Position numbers and translations under genes: made by a program. Positions 28,389 through 32,000 of a DNA stretch of 32,000 bases are shown here, piece by piece. Location of the stretch: the NCBI RefSeq assembly GCF_000009045.1, contig NC_000964.3, forward strand, positions 2,400,001 to 2,432,000, read 5' to 3'. The DNA is from Bacillus subtilis subsp. subtilis str. 168 (GTDB taxonomy: Bacteria > Bacillota > Bacilli > Bacillales > Bacillaceae). The notes below the pieces were generated by a model that was not told where the DNA came from, did not search any database, and saw nothing but the letters and a program-made list of their open reading frames with translations. Each line of letters begins with the position of its first letter. Positions within the stretch are counted from its first letter, which is position 1.

Positions 28389-29585
28389 TTAGAAATGAAG
28401 TAAATGACCTAGCTTGTTCATTTTGGTTTGCAAATATTTTTTATTGTGTTCTTTCGCCTCCATTTGAAGCGGCACTCTTTCTGAAATACTGAGTCCGTAG
28501 CCTTCAAGGCCTGCGATTTTTCGCGGATTATTCGTCAAAAGCTTCATATTCCGGACACCGAGGTCGCGTAAAATTTGTGCTCCGATGCCATAGTTGCGAA
28601 GATCCGGCAAGAATCCAAGCGCCTCATTGGCTTCTACGGTGTCATAGCCTTGTTCCTGAAGCTTATAAGCTTTTAATTTATTGATTAAACCGATGCCTCG
28701 TCCTTCTTGGCGCAAGTACAGGAGCACTCCACGGCCTTCTGCGGCAATTTGGTTCAGCGCGGCGTGCAGCTGCGGTCCGCAATCACAGCGATGAGAGCCA
28801 AACACGTCACCTGTGAGACATTCTGAATGCACCCGGACCAATACCGGTTCTTCTCCGAACGGCACATCTCCCATCACAAATGCGACATGCTCTTTTCCAT
28901 CTACCTCATTTGTGTATCCATAAACCTTAAATGTCCCAAAATCAGTAGGCAGCGTAATGTCAACTTCACGCTCGACAAGTGTTGTCAGATTGTAACGGTA
29001 TTGAATCAAATCCTTAATGGTGATCATTTTTAATTGATGCTTTTTCGCAATTTCAATGAGCTCAGGCACTCTCGCCATCGTTCCGTCTTCATTCATAATT
29101 TCACAAATGACGCCGGCTCCTGGAGATCCGCAAGCTTCAGCAAGATCAACAGCAGCTTCTGTATGGCCCGCTCTTTTCAGGACACCTCCTTTTTTCGCAA
29201 TCAGTGGAAAAATGTGCCCCGGACGCTGAAAATCAGATGGCACGGATTTGCTGTCCAGCAATGCTTGAACGGTAAAAGATCTTTCTTGAGCGCTGATACC
29301 TGTCTTCGTTTCACGATGGTCTATGCTTACGGTAAATGCAGTGTGGTGAGAGTCTGTATTATGCTCAACCATAGGGTGAAGATCAAGCCTGTCTGCGATT
29401 TCCTCACTGAGCGGCGTGCAGATCAGTCCTCTCCCATGTGTCGCCATAAAGTTAATGACTTCCGGCGTTGCATGCTCGGCAAGAGCCACAAAGTCTCCTT
29501 CATTTTCTCTGTCTTCATCATCTACAACGATGATGACTTCGCCTTTTTTTAAAGCGTCCAGTGCTTCTTCTATCGGATGAAACAT
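28389..29585 (-). CDS. ribBA: Bifunctional 3,4-dihydroxy-2-butanone-4-phosphate synthase / GTP cyclohydrolase II
   Basis: [11 protein letters not shown] and [11 protein letters not shown] (RibB); [22 protein letters not shown] and [12 protein letters not shown] (RibA). Confidence 0.97.
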
Positions 29586-29599
29586 GCAAATCTTCCTCT

Positions 29600-30247
29600 C
29601 TAAAAGCCGTTTTCGCTTAAGAAGGCTTTTGTAATGGTTTGTTGGGTCTTATTTTCATTGGCTTTATGCAAAAATCGATACATATATTTTCCGATCATAT
29701 CGCATTCGATATTCACTTTAGAGCCGATCGTTTTTTCTGAAAAGATCGTTTCGCTGATCGTATGCGGTATTAAGGAGATCGTCACTGTGTCTTCTGTCAG
29801 GCCGAATATGGTTAAGCTCACGCCATCCACAGTAATTGATCCCTTTAAAACCAATGTTTTTGTTAATGACGGGTCCATTTTTAAATCATAGTAAACTGCG
29901 TTGCTTTTCTCTTCAATTCGTGTGATTTCCGCAGTTCCGTCGACATGGCCTGAGACGAAATGGCCTCCGAAACGGCCGTTTGCCGCCATCGCTCTTTCCA
30001 GATTTACTTTGCTTCCTTTTGTTAAATCATTCAGTGACGTAGCTTTGACTGTTTCAGGCATAACATCCACTGTGAATTGATTTTTTGTAAAATCAGTGAC
30101 AGTCAGACAAATGCCGTTCACTGCAATGCTGTCGCCAAGATGAACATCCTCTAAAATCTTTGAGCATTTAATAGTTAAGGCCATTGCATGCCCTGCTTTT
30201 TTCATGGATTCGATTGTGCCTGTTTCTTCGATAATTCCTGTAAACAT
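29600..30247 (-). CDS. ribE: Riboflavin synthase alpha chain
   Basis: Duplicated lumazine-binding repeats ([10 protein letters not shown]..., VSGHVDG). Start at 30247 or the in-frame ATG at 30256. Confidence 0.95.
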   Translation of the reverse strand: MFTGIIEETGTIESMKKAGHAMALTIKCSKILEDVHLGDSIAVNGICLTVTDFTKNQFTVDVMPETVKATSLNDLTKGSKVNLERAMAANGRFGGHFVSGHVDGTAEITRIEEKSNAVYYDLKMDPSLTKTLVLKGSITVDGVSLTIFGLTEDTVTISLIPHTISETIFSEKTIGSKVNIECDMIGKYMYRFLHKANENKTQQTITKAFLSENGF

Positions 30248-30257
30248 GGTCACCATC

Positions 30258-31364
<1,107 letters not shown>

Positions 31365-31376
31365 TTATTTACCGTC

Positions 31377-31412
31377 AAAAAAGCCCCGAATTTATAAAAA
31401 ATTCGGGGCTTT
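31377..31412 (-). terminator. Riboswitch-controlled terminator of the rib operon leader
   Basis: Minus strand AAGCCCCGAAT-TTTTTATA-AATTCGGGGCTT followed by TTTT, between the aptamer and ribD. Confidence 0.9.
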
Positions 31413-31474
31413 AGGTATTTTACGCAATAGGAAATAACACTATGCATTTTTAAACATTTTGCATAGCGGCTCAT

Positions 31475-31616
31475 CATCCTTCTCCCATCCAGACTTTCAC
31501 TGTCGGCTTCAGCTTAAACTGAATCCACCGCGTGCTTATGCACACGGGTCACGGGCTCTAAAGCAAATGTGCTTTACTACCGCCGGTCGGGATTTCCACC
31601 CTGCCCCGAAGGATAC
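31475..31616 (-). promoter_or_regulatory. FMN riboswitch (RFN element) of the ribDEAHT operon
   Basis: Minus strand ATCCTTCGGGGCAGGGTGGAAATCCCGACCGGCGGTAGTAAAG ... AGCCCGTGACC ... GGATTCAGTTTAAGCTGAAGCCGACAGTGAAAGTCTGGATGGGAGAAGGAT; P1 closes as ATCCTTC/GAAGGAT. Confidence 0.97.
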
Positions 31617-31644
31617 AATCTTTATTCATTTGTCCTTATTGGTT

Positions 31645-31673
31645 ATTATAGCGATCCTTTTTAAAGTACGCAA
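31645..31673 (-). promoter_or_regulatory. SigA promoter of the rib operon
   Basis: Minus strand TTGCGT (plus 31668-31673), 17-nt spacer, perfect TATAAT (plus 31645-31650), about 30 nt upstream of the aptamer. Confidence 0.8.
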
Positions 31674-31695
31674 TGAAATAAACTTACAATTTGAG

Positions 31696-31738
31696 AAAAA
31701 CAAAACATCACCCTTCGATCCGAAAGGTGATGTTTTTT
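31696..31738 (-). terminator. Terminator of the gene upstream of the rib operon
   Basis: Minus strand AACATCACC-TTTCGGATCGAAG-GGTGATGTT followed by TTGTTTTT. Confidence 0.8.
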
Positions 31739-32000
31739 AATCATTCACTTTTGCAACCTTGATTAATCCGTCGATCCGCTTTGATTTGCTGAAGTAAGCC
31801 TTAATCTTGTCACCTTCTTTTATATCAGATAAATCCTGATTTAATTTTTTTCCGTTGAAGATGATTTTCGTTCCGTTTTCTGCTACTCCATGATACTCTG
31901 AGCCGTCAATTTTCGTCACTTTATATTCCTGGATGGTGTATTCCTCTTCTTCCGAGGACAAGGTTTGTCCAATTGCTGTCGGAACATCCTTCAGCTCAAT
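31737..32000 (-). CDS. 3' part of a small hypothetical protein (possibly YpuD); reading frame is open to the window edge
   Basis: The frame of ORF-track entry 31737..31961 continues upstream without stop (IELKDVPTAIGQT-LSSEEEEYTIQEYKVTKIDG...), so the TTG at 31961 is probably not the real start. Confidence 0.7.
   Translation of the reverse strand: MELKDVPTAIGQTLSSEEEEYTIQEYKVTKIDGSEYHGVAENGTKIIFNGKKLNQDLSDIKEGDKIKAYFSKSKRIDGLIKVAKVND

Noticed and set aside
29034-29552. 172-aa plus-strand ORF
   Set aside because: Antisense to highly conserved ribBA coding sequence; a frame shadow.
31459-31740. 98-aa plus-strand ORF
   Set aside because: Antisense to the second FMN riboswitch and rib promoter; explained by conserved RNA structure.

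Overview
This window is a contiguous stretch of Bacillus subtilis chromosome, recognised from its proteins and gene order. It is core genome; I see no prophage, transposon, CRISPR array or defence island. Left to right it carries: the 5' end of sleB (missed by the ORF track), prsW, ypdA/bdr, gudB, mecB/ypbH, ypbG, ypbF, ypbE, ypbD, recS, ypbB, fer (+), the FMN-riboswitch-controlled riboflavin transporter gene (ribU/fmnP/ypaA), serA (+), aroC, rsiX-sigX, the resABCDE cluster, rluB, spmA-spmB-dacB, ypuI, scpA-scpB, ypuF (+), the rib operon (ribD-ribE-ribBA-ribH-ribT) behind a second FMN riboswitch, and the 3' end of another gene. The most informative signals are: (1) a perfect 9-bp tandem duplication in gudB that produces VKAVKA, the cryptic gudB allele of domesticated 168-type strains; (2) two FMN riboswitches about 20 kb apart with separate terminators; (3) an ECF-type autoregulatory promoter motif ahead of sigX; (4) a rib-operon terminator embedded in the 3' coding end of the convergent gene ypuF; (5) a few unexplained dyads in intergenic regions (mecB promoter, resA promoter, upstream of fer, scpA/ypuF spacer). 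I found no convincing previously undescribed multi-gene system. All database or organism statements are from memory, since no search was run.
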